From a virus (lineage: Duplodnaviria > Caudoviricetes): a stretch of 61,573 nucleotides of DNA. Positions 7,262-16,474 of this stretch are shown one piece after another; the first letter of the stretch is position 1, and the number at the start of each line of letters is the position of its first letter. Location of the stretch: IMG/VR virus record IMGVR_UViG_3300036791_000517, positions 1 through 61,573 of that record; one strand, given 5' to 3'. Both the position numbers and the translations under genes were made by a program. The notes beneath the pieces are model-generated. The model ran no database searches, had not been told where the DNA came from, and worked only from the letters and a program-made list of their open reading frames with translations.

Positions 7262-10255
7262 TCAGTCGAGACTTTTGAACCGTTCATTGGCGGGCAGGCT
7301 GAGGTCGAACTGCAGGACGTGCTCCATCTGGGCAGGATGATCGACGATCAACCCGGCGGTGAGTGAGCGCCGGAAACCCGGCTTGACGCAGCGGCCGTTC
7401 TTGATCAGCACGCGGATCGCGCGATGCGGGTTGATGTCGGCGTTCTCCGGCAGGCGCAGCCATTTTTTATACTTGGCATAGCTCACCAGCAGATAGTCGC
7501 TGGCGACACGGGCGACCCATTCATTGGCGGCCGGAAACGGATTGTAGACCACCTGAGCGCGGCGTCCGTGGCCCTGCACCGGCAGCGCGTGGTCGGGTTT
7601 GTAGGCGACAGAGTTCTTGTGCTTGTTCAGGAACTCGGCAATGCGATCGGCCTGAACGTCGGGATCGTCGGCGTTGGTCGACATATCGTCGAGCGTGACA
7701 CGCTGCTTGTTGACCAGCGAGATTATAAACTTCTCCATTGACACCATGTCAAAGTCGAACAGGCCGAGCGACTTGGCAATGCTGGCGCCGACCAGCAGGC
7801 AGGATGCCCCGGCTTCCCAGAACCGCTCGCGCTCCGTCAGGTTCAAGTTGCGGTGCAGTTCTCTCGCCTTGTCGATGACGAACTGGCGAATGCTCTCGTG
7901 GTGCTTGCCCAGTACCTCGGCGTAGGCCAGACCGGCGACGCCGTAGTGATGGTACTGCAGCTGGTCTCTGGTCTTGGCGACCAGATCAGGCTGCAGGTTG
8001 ATGCGGCGCAGGGTGTCCGGTATCTCGATCTCCAGAATTCGAGCGCCCTGCGCATCAGTATCGGCACGCTGCGCCGCATCGCGCAGCGAGTCGTTGGCCG
8101 CTGCAACCAGCATGGTGCGCGACGTCGATATCTCCCGTTCCTGCGCCGCACGATTGAGCCGACCGACTTCACTGCCTGCTGTCGCCTGCAGGATCAGCCT
8201 TGCCAATTTCCGTTGCTCGCTCGGATCGGTGCTCAGCTCGTCGAAGTAACTCGGCAGGTTATTCAGGCGGTTCAGGCGGCTGATGATGAAGTTGGCCGTC
8301 GACTGCGTGACCTTGCCTTTCTTGCCGTAGTACACGCTGAGACTGGTCTCAAGCGCCGCCGATTTGCCCTTGCCACTACCCGACGACGTGGCAAATACGA
8401 CGATGCCATCGACCGGCGTGAACATCACCAGCGGGGCAGCGAACGCCGTTGCGATAATAACCTCCATCTCGACCAACCCCTTGCCGATGAACAGGCTGGC
8501 GTATTCTTTCCACTTGGCAAGATCGCCGCGCGGCGTGGCGAACTCTTCAATGTGGTGTGAGGTGGATCGTACGCCATCCTTGCTGAACATCCGGCCGCCG
8601 AAAGCAAACCCTTCGATCTCGCCTTTCGGCATCACCCAGCCGAGCCGCGGCATGTCGCGCACCTGCATTCGCTCACGGACTTGCTCGATCCACGACACCA
8701 TGAATTTTTTCACCGTTGTTGTTTTTTCCGGATGCCAGAAGAGGCCGCGCTCGAAGCACTGCGTGCCGAATGTCTGCATGACGTTGATCGAACCAGCCGA
8801 AACACTGAAGGCGTTTTCGTCATCAGCTTGCTTGCCCGAAGGGATGCAAAATTGGACCTGCCCTTTGCCCTCGGCACTATCGACATATTCCATGTTGTAA
8901 ATCGGCGACGAGAACACCGGCTCGGCGTCGAGTGCGCCGACGATGTAACCATCGTCGCGACGCCTGAACCCGATGGGTAAGGCGATCGGTACAATCTTCG
9001 ACGTTGACATTGTGTCAAGCGCCGACACTGAACCGGTGTGGCCGTTGACGTAGGTTAGCGATGGGGCATCGCCGCCGCGCAGGCCACGCTGGGCGTAGTA
9101 AATCGGCGAATGGCCTTGATGATTGAAAGTGCACCGGGCGCAGATTGCCGCCGCCTCCGAACTAGCAGCCGCTATGGTAGCGCAGGCGGGCCAACCCTGC
9201 GGCTGAGCGGTGTCGAACTTATCGTCGGTCAGCCCGCTGTCGTACCGAACATCGTCTTTCGAAAGCGCATGGAAATAATCTCGACCGTCTTGGATGTAAT
9301 GACAGAGCTTGGCGAACTCGAACCACAGGGGTTCGCGATCTCCGTCACCGCCGCGAGCTTCACTGTCCGCAACAACTGGACAAGCTCCTCGGAGGAGGTC
9401 GACAGAGGTGCACACACGAGAAGCTGCCAGACTGGTAAGGGCTCGCTCATGTTCTGCTCCATGGATGGCGGGACGTGGTGGCAGGATCGCCGGGTCGAAG
9501 GCTGCGGTGTAGGTCGTGCGGGCAACCCCGGGGGTTAGCGGGAAGCGCGCCAGTGCCGCCGTCAGCGCAGCGAGCGGCATCTCGCTGCCGAAATTTAAAA
9601 CCCTACATTCTAAAGGGTTATTCGGATCTTTGCGATTGAAGCTGGTCGGCAGGCGCAGCAGGGTTGCCGGGTTGCGACTGACACCGACGTCGAACTTGAG
9701 ACCATGCGCCTGTGCGGCGGCGATCAGACGGTTGGCAAGGTCTTGCCAAAGTGCTGGTACAATAACCTGATCGAGAACGATGTAGGCGTGCAGCCCACGC
9801 CCGGTGCTGACCAAGGGCCCGAGCCGCAGCCCGGTGTCGTCCAAAAACGGCAGCAGGGCGGCTAAAGCGGCCGCCTGAGAGGGATAGCCGGTCGGCTTGA
9901 CATCTAGGTCAAGAACCAGCGACCGCATCCAGCGGGCAAATTTACGGCCTCTGGACGCGACCCGGTGGTTGCCCTTCATCGTCTCGTACTGCGACTGAGC
10001 CGAGAGGCAGAAAAAAATTTCAGCGTCTATGCGATTAAGAAACGCCACGAACGACTGCAGGAAGCCGAACTCAACCATGCTGGCGTAGGCCCGCCCGCCG
10101 CCTTTATAGGTGACGGTGCCGTTGCCGCCGAAAGCATGGATGTTCACAAAACTGTCGGCCGGATCAGTTAAACTCCACGGGACAACGCAGCCTAGGAACT
10201 GCGCCAGCGGGGCGGCATTGCCCGTGCCGCCCCCGAACGGTGTCGTGCTCTCCAT
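7262..10255 (-). CDS. DNA primase-helicase (AEP/RepB-like primase + Cys-rich PriCT-like region + DUF927-type NTPase)
   Basis: LDLDVK...STGRGLHAY...LLRLP primase motifs. CPV...C...C..C cluster. GSGKGKS Walker A and FDE Walker B. AAGGAGG SD. Confidence 0.85.
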   Translation of the reverse strand: MESTTPFGGGTGNAAPLAQFLGCVVPWSLTDPADSFVNIHAFGGNGTVTYKGGGRAYASMVEFGFLQSFVAFLNRIDAEIFFCLSAQSQYETMKGNHRVASRGRKFARWMRSLVLDLDVKPTGYPSQAAALAALLPFLDDTGLRLGPLVSTGRGLHAYIVLDQVIVPALWQDLANRLIAAAQAHGLKFDVGVSRNPATLLRLPTSFNRKDPNNPLECRVLNFGSEMPLAALTAALARFPLTPGVARTTYTAAFDPAILPPRPAIHGAEHERALTSLAASRVCTSVDLLRGACPVVADSEARGGDGDREPLWFEFAKLCHYIQDGRDYFHALSKDDVRYDSGLTDDKFDTAQPQGWPACATIAAASSEAAAICARCTFNHQGHSPIYYAQRGLRGGDAPSLTYVNGHTGSVSALDTMSTSKIVPIALPIGFRRRDDGYIVGALDAEPVFSSPIYNMEYVDSAEGKGQVQFCIPSGKQADDENAFSVSAGSINVMQTFGTQCFERGLFWHPEKTTTVKKFMVSWIEQVRERMQVRDMPRLGWVMPKGEIEGFAFGGRMFSKDGVRSTSHHIEEFATPRGDLAKWKEYASLFIGKGLVEMEVIIATAFAAPLVMFTPVDGIVVFATSSGSGKGKSAALETSLSVYYGKKGKVTQSTANFIISRLNRLNNLPSYFDELSTDPSEQRKLARLILQATAGSEVGRLNRAAQEREISTSRTMLVAAANDSLRDAAQRADTDAQGARILEIEIPDTLRRINLQPDLVAKTRDQLQYHHYGVAGLAYAEVLGKHHESIRQFVIDKARELHRNLNLTERERFWEAGASCLLVGASIAKSLGLFDFDMVSMEKFIISLVNKQRVTLDDMSTNADDPDVQADRIAEFLNKHKNSVAYKPDHALPVQGHGRRAQVVYNPFPAANEWVARVASDYLLVSYAKYKKWLRLPENADINPHRAIRVLIKNGRCVKPGFRRSLTAGLIVDHPAQMEHVLQFDLSLPANERFKSLD

Positions 10256-10272
10256 CACGACGGCCCTCCTTG

Positions 10273-11520
10273 TTAGGTGGCGGACGACCCCCCGGACGGC
10301 TTCAGCAACTGGTCGATCCGGCCCTGCAGATCGCCCGGCTCTTCGCCATCTTCATCGTCGGTTTCAGGTTCCTGCTCGGCCGCCTGCACCGTGACCTGGG
10401 GCTGACCACCGTTCGGCGTGACCGGCGCGCTGCGCTTGCGCCGCGGCTTGGGTTGCTGAGCAGCAGCCAGTTCCGCCTTGAGGCGAGCAATCTCCTGCTG
10501 CTCGGCGGTCATGGGTTGCTCACGCACCATAGCGCGAGCCTTCTCCAGGTTTTCCTCGGTGATCTGCACGCCGATTTGCGCACCGCCGAAAGCGCCAGCC
10601 GAGACGCCCGTTGCCGGTGCTTGAGCAGCCGGTGGCGGGGTTGCACTGAAGGCAGTCGCTGGCGACGGCGCAATTGGTTGGGCACGTAGCGGATGAACGT
10701 TAGTCGGCGTCGGTTGCTCGACAGGCTGATCGGGATCGCCGGTCACTTCGGTCGCTTCCTCGTTCAGGATGCGGTCGACCAATTCGTTGTCCTGCAGAGC
10801 GATCACCTCCTGCGCCTCGTGATCGTTCAACACGCGGGTCGGCGTGAAGATGATCTTGGGAAAGGCCGCCTCGGTATCGAACGACAGCTGCATGACGATG
10901 CCGTAATAGCGGTAGCCCTGCATGTGCAACTGGGTTTCGAGCTCGGACAGCGCGTTGAAAGCCGACGGCGGCAGGCGTAGCAGCATCGGCCCGCCATAGC
11001 GTTCGTTTTTCAGGTCGAGCGCCGGGACGACAGCGGTGCGCTTGTTGTCGGAGCATGCCTTGCCCTTGCGCCCATCATCCATAGTGCGCGAGCCGAAGGC
11101 GTCCCATCGGCAGCCTCTACAGGTCTCGTTTTGTTTTTTCGGCGCAGCCGGGTCAGGCTTCAGCCCATTGGTCGACCAGCAGTCCGGTTGCTTGAAGCTG
11201 TCGTCCTTGAATTTCTCGATGTAATAGGTCTTGCTGATTGCACTGGCCGACTTCACGATCACCACGTCGATCGTCGGGATGGCAAACTTCTGGCCGTTGG
11301 GCATCTGCCCGAGCAGCTGTTCGGTGGTGCCGCGATGGCGAATGCCCCACGTCTTGCCTTTGAAATTGATGCTGGCAAACGACGGCTTGATGCCAGCCGC
11401 AAGAGAACGCGGATCGGCCTTGGACGTTTCGACGACCGGCGATTGCTGGCCAAGATTGGCGATCAGCTGGGCGAGACTACGGTTACCTTGGTTGGGTGTC
11501 GGCAATTGGCTCATGATCAT
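10273..11520 (-). CDS. Putative ssDNA-binding/recombination protein
   Basis: PDCWS...C..C...GS...GKAC motif common in phage replication modules, with a low-complexity acidic C-terminal tail. Confidence 0.55.
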   Translation of the reverse strand: MIMSQLPTPNQGNRSLAQLIANLGQQSPVVETSKADPRSLAAGIKPSFASINFKGKTWGIRHRGTTEQLLGQMPNGQKFAIPTIDVVIVKSASAISKTYYIEKFKDDSFKQPDCWSTNGLKPDPAAPKKQNETCRGCRWDAFGSRTMDDGRKGKACSDNKRTAVVPALDLKNERYGGPMLLRLPPSAFNALSELETQLHMQGYRYYGIVMQLSFDTEAAFPKIIFTPTRVLNDHEAQEVIALQDNELVDRILNEEATEVTGDPDQPVEQPTPTNVHPLRAQPIAPSPATAFSATPPPAAQAPATGVSAGAFGGAQIGVQITEENLEKARAMVREQPMTAEQQEIARLKAELAAAQQPKPRRKRSAPVTPNGGQPQVTVQAAEQEPETDDEDGEEPGDLQGRIDQLLKPSGGSSAT

Positions 11521-11963
11521 TCCTTCTCGTTGGGTTGGCGAACACCGATACGAACAAAAGTCGATGCATGAATGCCGGGCGGCGGCTCGCCATCATGCTC
11601 GGCGATGTACTCGAACACGGCGTTGGCGTTAGCCCGCCAGTCGACCATGTCGAAATTTTCGGTGGTCGTGATGAAGGATCGGAAAGCAGCGCCGTCGCGG
11701 ATGACCGCGCTCGGCTTGGTTATCTGGTAGGCGGTGCCACCCGGCGTTGACACGCTGTCAGCCTTAATCTCCTGTAGATGCTGCAGCAGCTTGCCGCCGA
11801 TCTCGTCGAGCAATTTGGTGAACGGTTTCAGTTCAGCTTCGTGCTGTTTTTCGAGAGCGCGTTTGCGATCCCGCAACGCCACGAACTGACTGACTAACCA
11901 ATTGAGATCGAACGACGGTCGGCTCGCCGGATTTGCTCCGGGAGTTGGCATACTACTATCCAT
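11517..11963 (-). CDS. Conserved phage replication-module protein
   Basis: Coiled coil, then STPGGTAY and a C-terminal PPPGI motif. AGGAG SD. Confidence 0.65.
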   Translation of the reverse strand: MDSSMPTPGANPASRPSFDLNWLVSQFVALRDRKRALEKQHEAELKPFTKLLDEIGGKLLQHLQEIKADSVSTPGGTAYQITKPSAVIRDGAAFRSFITTTENFDMVDWRANANAVFEYIAEHDGEPPPGIHASTFVRIGVRQPNEKE

Positions 11964-11988
11964 TTGATCTTCTCCTGTTACGACGACG

Positions 11989-13548
11989 TTAATCCCATGA
12001 CGCGTCTTCCAGCAAGCTCAAGAAGCTATCCTGCTGCAGGAGACGCTTGGTGAGCAGGTTATAGACCTGCTTCTCGATGGGCGTACTCGACAGATGGGCA
12101 AACAGTTGACGTCTCGCTTGCCCGACCCGGCGAATGCGCGCGTTGCCTTGATCGTATGTTTCGGCGCTGAGGGAAGGCCCGAACCACACGACCGTGTCAG
12201 CCGCCGTGAGGGTCACTCCGTGGCTGATGCACTTCGGGAACGCCACCAATGGTGCACGGTCATCGGTGTTTTGGAAAGCGTTGAATATCCTCGTGCGTTC
12301 TTTCGGCGAAACTGATCCTTGGATCATGTGCGGCATGTGAAGCTGCGCCTCCTTTCCTTTTTTCGCCGCATGTTTCATCAGATATCGATGGACACCATTC
12401 AGTGCATGGAGATAGCTCACAAACACAATGGTCTTGCCTTGCGCCGCGTCGATGATGTCGGCCAGCGCCTGCAAACGAGCGCCGCCGTCCAACTCATGAA
12501 TGTTGTGCTTGCTGTCGTAGAGCCAGCCGGTCGAGACCTGCAACAGCTTCGACATGACGACACCGGCATTGAGCGCCGTCACCTCGCCCTTGTCGACCAT
12601 CGCCATGGCGTATTTACGCAGTTCGTCGTAGATGCGCTTCTGTTCCTTGCCCAAGGCGGTCTCGATAGGGGGTGGCACGTAGGCTTCGGGCAACTCCATG
12701 ATGTCGTCGAGCGTGTAACGCACGGCGGGCTGGAAGTAGTTGAACGCCTTGTCGACGGCACCCGGCTTGTTGACCCACTTCCATTCGTTGAGGCGGTACA
12801 TCAGCTCTTCACGCAAATGGCTGAAATATTTAGGCACGCGATGCGGCGTGATGATCCTGATCTGGTTCCAGATGTCGGTGACGTAATTCGGCATGGGACT
12901 TCCTGTCATGCCCCACACGGTCGTCATGCGCTCAGCCACCTTGGTGGCGATGCGTGTGCGTATGGTGTTGTTGCGATAGACCGCCAGCTCGTCGAGGCAC
13001 AGCACGTCGATGTCGCGGCGCTTCAGCACTTCCTTGTGGATGACTTTCAGGCCGTCATGATTGACGATGTAGATGTCAACCTTGTCATCGGCCAATTTCT
13101 TGTGACGCTGTTCGGCGGTGCCGTAGAGCACCGTCCAGCGCAAGTGTGGTGTCGCTTTCAGCACTTCGGCCGCCCAGGTGAAGGTCATCGTGCTGATCGG
13201 GCAGACGACTAGCATCTTGTGCGCCAGCCCGAGTTTCTTGAGATAGTCGAAGCTCCAGAGAGCGCAACGCGTCTTGCCGGTGCCCATCGAGTTCAGAACA
13301 TAACTCCGGGGATTCTCCGTCATGCTCTCGACGGTGCGGATCTGAATGTCGAACGGCTTGCCGCCGCAGAAGTCGTAAGTCGAACGCAGCGACGAGGGGA
13401 CGTCGATGCCGAGGGACCGCAGCGGGATGGTATAGCGTGGTGTGTGGTCAAGGTGCACGCAGCCGTCCGACGAGGGGGCGTCGGGGAAGAGGGCGCGCAC
13501 CTCGGCGGTGGCTTGGACTTTAAGAGTTCCAACCAACATGACGGTCAA
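11989..13548 (-). CDS. SNF2-family/DEAD-like DNA helicase
   Basis: MGTGKT (Walker A), LDEL (Walker B), TGSP (motif III), HGVTL and QGNARIRRVGQ (motif VI). Confidence 0.9.
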   Translation of the reverse strand: MTVMLVGTLKVQATAEVRALFPDAPSSDGCVHLDHTPRYTIPLRSLGIDVPSSLRSTYDFCGGKPFDIQIRTVESMTENPRSYVLNSMGTGKTRCALWSFDYLKKLGLAHKMLVVCPISTMTFTWAAEVLKATPHLRWTVLYGTAEQRHKKLADDKVDIYIVNHDGLKVIHKEVLKRRDIDVLCLDELAVYRNNTIRTRIATKVAERMTTVWGMTGSPMPNYVTDIWNQIRIITPHRVPKYFSHLREELMYRLNEWKWVNKPGAVDKAFNYFQPAVRYTLDDIMELPEAYVPPPIETALGKEQKRIYDELRKYAMAMVDKGEVTALNAGVVMSKLLQVSTGWLYDSKHNIHELDGGARLQALADIIDAAQGKTIVFVSYLHALNGVHRYLMKHAAKKGKEAQLHMPHMIQGSVSPKERTRIFNAFQNTDDRAPLVAFPKCISHGVTLTAADTVVWFGPSLSAETYDQGNARIRRVGQARRQLFAHLSSTPIEKQVYNLLTKRLLQQDSFLSLLEDASWD

Positions 13549-13852
13549 CCCAGCGCTTGAAGGCGTTCAACCCTTCGTCGTTGCTGATGATAAACACTGT
13601 GCCGCCGGAGCGCAGGATGTTCCGACAGGTGTTGCGCTGCAGAAGTGTCAGCCATTCGTTGGGTGCCTTGGTCTCGATCGCCACGAACCAGCCGAACAGG
13701 CAGATGGTGTAGTCGAGGACGTTGCGCCTGCCGAAGCCTTTAGGGACGAACATTGAATGGTACAACTCTAGACCCATCGTGTCAAGTTGTTTTGACAATA
13801 TGTCAAGGTAATTAGAAACTTTTCTTTTAACATAATATTCAGGACCATGCAT
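13520..13852 (-). CDS. VRR-NUC domain nuclease
   Basis: E..VK...G...LD...FVAIETKAP...T.LQ...I..SGG..F. The true start is probably ATG 13852, not 14101. Confidence 0.8.
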   Translation of the reverse strand: MHGPEYYVKRKVSNYLDILSKQLDTMGLELYHSMFVPKGFGRRNVLDYTICLFGWFVAIETKAPNEWLTLLQRNTCRNILRSGGTVFIISNDEGLNAFKRWVDRHVGWNS

Positions 13853-13889
13853 TAGATCGACCCTTTGAAAAATTTGTGGGTTGGCGGTT

Positions 13890-14105
13890 TCAAGTTTTTC
13901 CCTCTTGACATTCCAGCTGATCGATGAACTTGTAGAGCGCGTCGTCGCCAAGGCAGGTCCACGCGGTGTCGCTGTAGGCATGCACCGCGAATGCCATTTT
14001 GGCATGGTCGAGATCCTGAGCCAGAGCGCAGCATTGGGGCCACAGGATTTCCATGTCGATCGCACGCTGTCTGGCGTGCCACCAATTGGTGACCCACCCA
14101 AGCAC
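13890..14105 (-). CDS. Hypothetical protein
   Basis: GTG overlapping the upstream TAG, GGTGG upstream. Confidence 0.5.
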   Translation of the reverse strand: MLGWVTNWWHARQRAIDMEILWPQCCALAQDLDHAKMAFAVHAYSDTAWTCLGDDALYKFIDQLECQEGKT

Positions 14106-14710
14106 TACGTTGCCACCCGTGTCGCCAGCACCGCCCGCTCGACTTCGGTGAGGTCCCAGTGAGCGACGACCAGCCACAGATCGGCCTTGCCGATACGGCG
14201 CAGCAGGTAAGGATCACGCGGCGGGATCGGCTGCCATTCGGCTTCCCACAAAACATGGTAGTTGGCCAGCCCGCGCTTAGGCCGCAGGTGGACCGGGATG
14301 AGCGGCAACTGAGCCTTGTGATTTGACCAGCAGACGCGGCTCTTACGGTCCCAGCCCCACGGGAAGCTGTCAGCCGGGAAGCGGAAGCTGGCGTTGGCAA
14401 AATGCAACGAGTTCGACTTGGTACGCCAGTTGTCGGTCGATCGCATCGTAGCGCTACCATTGATGCGGCGCTTAAGGAAGCACGCCTTGGCGGTCGCTCC
14501 GGCGAGGGCGAGCTTGGGCAGGCTGGCTTCGTTCAACCCAGCAGCGACCACGCTCTCCAACGCCTTGATGACGAGCTTGCCCTTGGCGAGCAGCTGGTAG
14601 GCGCGCTGGCACTCCCAGTCGATCGGCGACGAATAGTTGGCGTGCTCCTTGTACTTGCGATAAAGCGTTTCAGCTTCGGCACGGTCAAGATAGATCTTCT
14701 CGGTGTCCAT
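14105..14710 (-). CDS. Conserved hypothetical phage protein (DPxL...WD motif)
   Basis: DPYLLRRIGKADLWLVVAHWDLTEVE. GGAG SD. Confidence 0.75.
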   Translation of the reverse strand: MDTEKIYLDRAEAETLYRKYKEHANYSSPIDWECQRAYQLLAKGKLVIKALESVVAAGLNEASLPKLALAGATAKACFLKRRINGSATMRSTDNWRTKSNSLHFANASFRFPADSFPWGWDRKSRVCWSNHKAQLPLIPVHLRPKRGLANYHVLWEAEWQPIPPRDPYLLRRIGKADLWLVVAHWDLTEVERAVLATRVAT

Positions 14711-14714
14711 GAGC

Positions 14715-14897
14715 TTATTCTCCGTTCGGTTCTTGGTCCCACCAATAGGTGTGGCATTCGATGCAGCGGAACTGGGTCAGTTCCTCGGGATCGGCGGGCG
14801 ACTGGTAGGTGCGCCATTGCGCGGTGCGCTGTTTGCACATCGGACACTCGAACTCGGCCGGTGCCCAGTCGTTCAGGAAGTAATCGCTATTTGCCAC
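14715..14897 (-). CDS. Small zinc-ribbon protein (TFIIS-like)
   Basis: GGGGAGG SD + GTG. CPMC...QSPADPEELTQFRCIEC...W. Confidence 0.65.
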   Translation of the reverse strand: MANSDYFLNDWAPAEFECPMCKQRTAQWRTYQSPADPEELTQFRCIECHTYWWDQEPNGE

Positions 14898-14910
14898 GGC
14901 GTCCTCCCCA

Positions 14911-15645
14911 TCAGTAACCTTTTCCCCAATACTGGCACGAGGCGACGGCGCAGTGTTTTTTGCAGAGTCCCGATGGTCGCGGCGGGAACTGATTGGTGTC
15001 GAAGGCATGTTGAAAGCCTCCTACGAGATCGTCGATTTGCTCGATAAAGCCGCGCGCCAGTTCCTGCCGGGTGACGGTGAAGTCGGTCGCCACACCGTCG
15101 TAGAGATAGACATATTTGCTCTTGATAGTCTGTAGATCGGGGAAGTGCAGGAAAGCCAGCAGTGCTGTCAGCTTGAGCTGAAAGTTGGTTGGCAACAGGT
15201 CATATTTGGGATCGCGCTCGCTGCCGGTTTTCCAGTCAACACTCAGTCCGAAGGCGCCATCCATCACCAGCAGATCGGCCTGTGCCCGGCACCACACTTT
15301 GCGCTTTTTCGAGAAGTAGGCACACGGCAACAGATTGCGCGTGCAGGCCATGCGATGCTCGACCAGCACGACGCCGCCCGGCTTGATCATGGTGGTCGTC
15401 CAGTCAGCGAAGCGCTCGTATTCCTTGGGCAGTGGTGTGCCGTCGCGGATGTAGTCGGCCATCACCTTATGCACCTTAAACCCCTCACGCATCTTGGGGT
15501 TCTCGGGTTCCTTGATATCCTTCAGCACGTCGTAGTGATGATATTTGCGGGCGCAGTTGGTGAACTTGTCGAGCGCCGAAAAACTCCAGGCCCGCTGTTC
15601 GATGACCGGTCGGCCATGAATGTCAGTGCGGTTGAGCGTGTCCAT
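14911..15645 (-). CDS. PD-(D/E)XK Cas4/RecB-like exonuclease
   Basis: WSFS...C.R, G..VH, ADLL...VDWKTG, FQL, C-terminal C..C....C. Confidence 0.85.
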   Translation of the reverse strand: MDTLNRTDIHGRPVIEQRAWSFSALDKFTNCARKYHHYDVLKDIKEPENPKMREGFKVHKVMADYIRDGTPLPKEYERFADWTTTMIKPGGVVLVEHRMACTRNLLPCAYFSKKRKVWCRAQADLLVMDGAFGLSVDWKTGSERDPKYDLLPTNFQLKLTALLAFLHFPDLQTIKSKYVYLYDGVATDFTVTRQELARGFIEQIDDLVGGFQHAFDTNQFPPRPSGLCKKHCAVASCQYWGKGY

Positions 15646-15862
15646 TACGATCTCCCATGAAGCGACGAATGCACTGCTTGATGTCGCGCTTCTGGTTTTG
15701 TAGCACGCGTCCCCGCAATCCTGATACCGTGATGATGATCCGGCCGGTCGGCACATGGCGCCACTTGAGATGCGCCTTGCCGGTCCAACCTATCGGTTCG
15801 AGATCGAACTCTGATGCGAGTTTTGCCAACTCACGCTGAGCCTTCAGCGAATGTCGTGCCAT
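15623..15862 (-). CDS. Small HicA-like fold protein
   Basis: GWTGKAHLKWRH..G..I.VSG pattern. The SD lies inside a family B palindrome. Confidence 0.5.
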   Translation of the reverse strand: MARHSLKAQRELAKLASEFDLEPIGWTGKAHLKWRHVPTGRIIITVSGLRGRVLQNQKRDIKQCIRRFMGDRNGHAQPH

Positions 15863-15905
15863 GCAACCTCCGAGGTTAAGGGGGGTGAGATGTCAATCTC
15901 ACCCC

Positions 15906-15934
15906 ATTATGCTCTCTTTTTGACATAATGTCAA
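15906..15934 (-). promoter_or_regulatory. Sigma70-type promoter whose -35 is half of a family A palindrome
   Basis: TTGACA-17 nt-CATAAT on the minus strand. Confidence 0.75.
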
Positions 15935-15943
15935 GAAGAAAAT

Positions 15944-16342
15944 TTACGATTTACGCGGTTTCACGTTCTTACTGGCGTAGACCAGCGCGGTCGCCGCCTT
16001 AACGGCGAACATGCAGGCCGTCTCGGCATGGGTGATGGCGACCGCCGAATGACGCGCCGCCTCATCGATTGCATGCCACACCGTGGAGGCTGGAACATCC
16101 TCCGGCATGCCGTCCTGCGGCAGCATCGGTTTCTTTTGGTCGCGCAATTTCTCGCAGGTCGTGATGAACGCGGCCGCCAGCAGATGAAGCTGACCGACTT
16201 GCATAAGCCTATCGGGGTTGAACCCGGCACGTACCTGACGCAGTGCAGTGTCGCTCACATCGACCATCAGATTGACCGTGCGTGACGCGGTCGGATCAGC
16301 GGCTTGCTGTTCCAGTTCTTCTTCCGTCAACATCGTTGGCAT
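15944..16342 (-). CDS. Acb2/Tad1-like helical hairpin protein (candidate nucleotide-signal sponge)
   Basis: VR.GFNP...V..L...AA.FI...R..AVAITHAETACMFAVKAATA, recognised by eye only. Confidence 0.55.
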   Translation of the reverse strand: MPTMLTEEELEQQAADPTASRTVNLMVDVSDTALRQVRAGFNPDRLMQVGQLHLLAAAFITTCEKLRDQKKPMLPQDGMPEDVPASTVWHAIDEAARHSAVAITHAETACMFAVKAATALVYASKNVKPRKS

Positions 16343-16366
16343 GTCATGTTCCTTTCGTTTCGACAT

Positions 16367-16404
16367 AAAAAAAGGCCGCCCGGTGAGTTGGAACCGGACG
16401 GCCT
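16367..16404 (-). terminator. Intrinsic terminator downstream of DNA polymerase
   Basis: Minus strand aggccgtccgg...ccgggcggcc followed by T7. Confidence 0.8.
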
Positions 16405-16474
16405 ATTGATGGACCCTTAAACAGGAGAGAAAGGGCCACCCCCTCTAACGCAGCGTACATAGGCAAACTATGTG

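Noticed and set aside
16367-16404. tRNA-like element (GGTTCCAA loop)
   Set aside because: It is a single hairpin followed by a U-tract with no cloverleaf, so it is read as a terminator.
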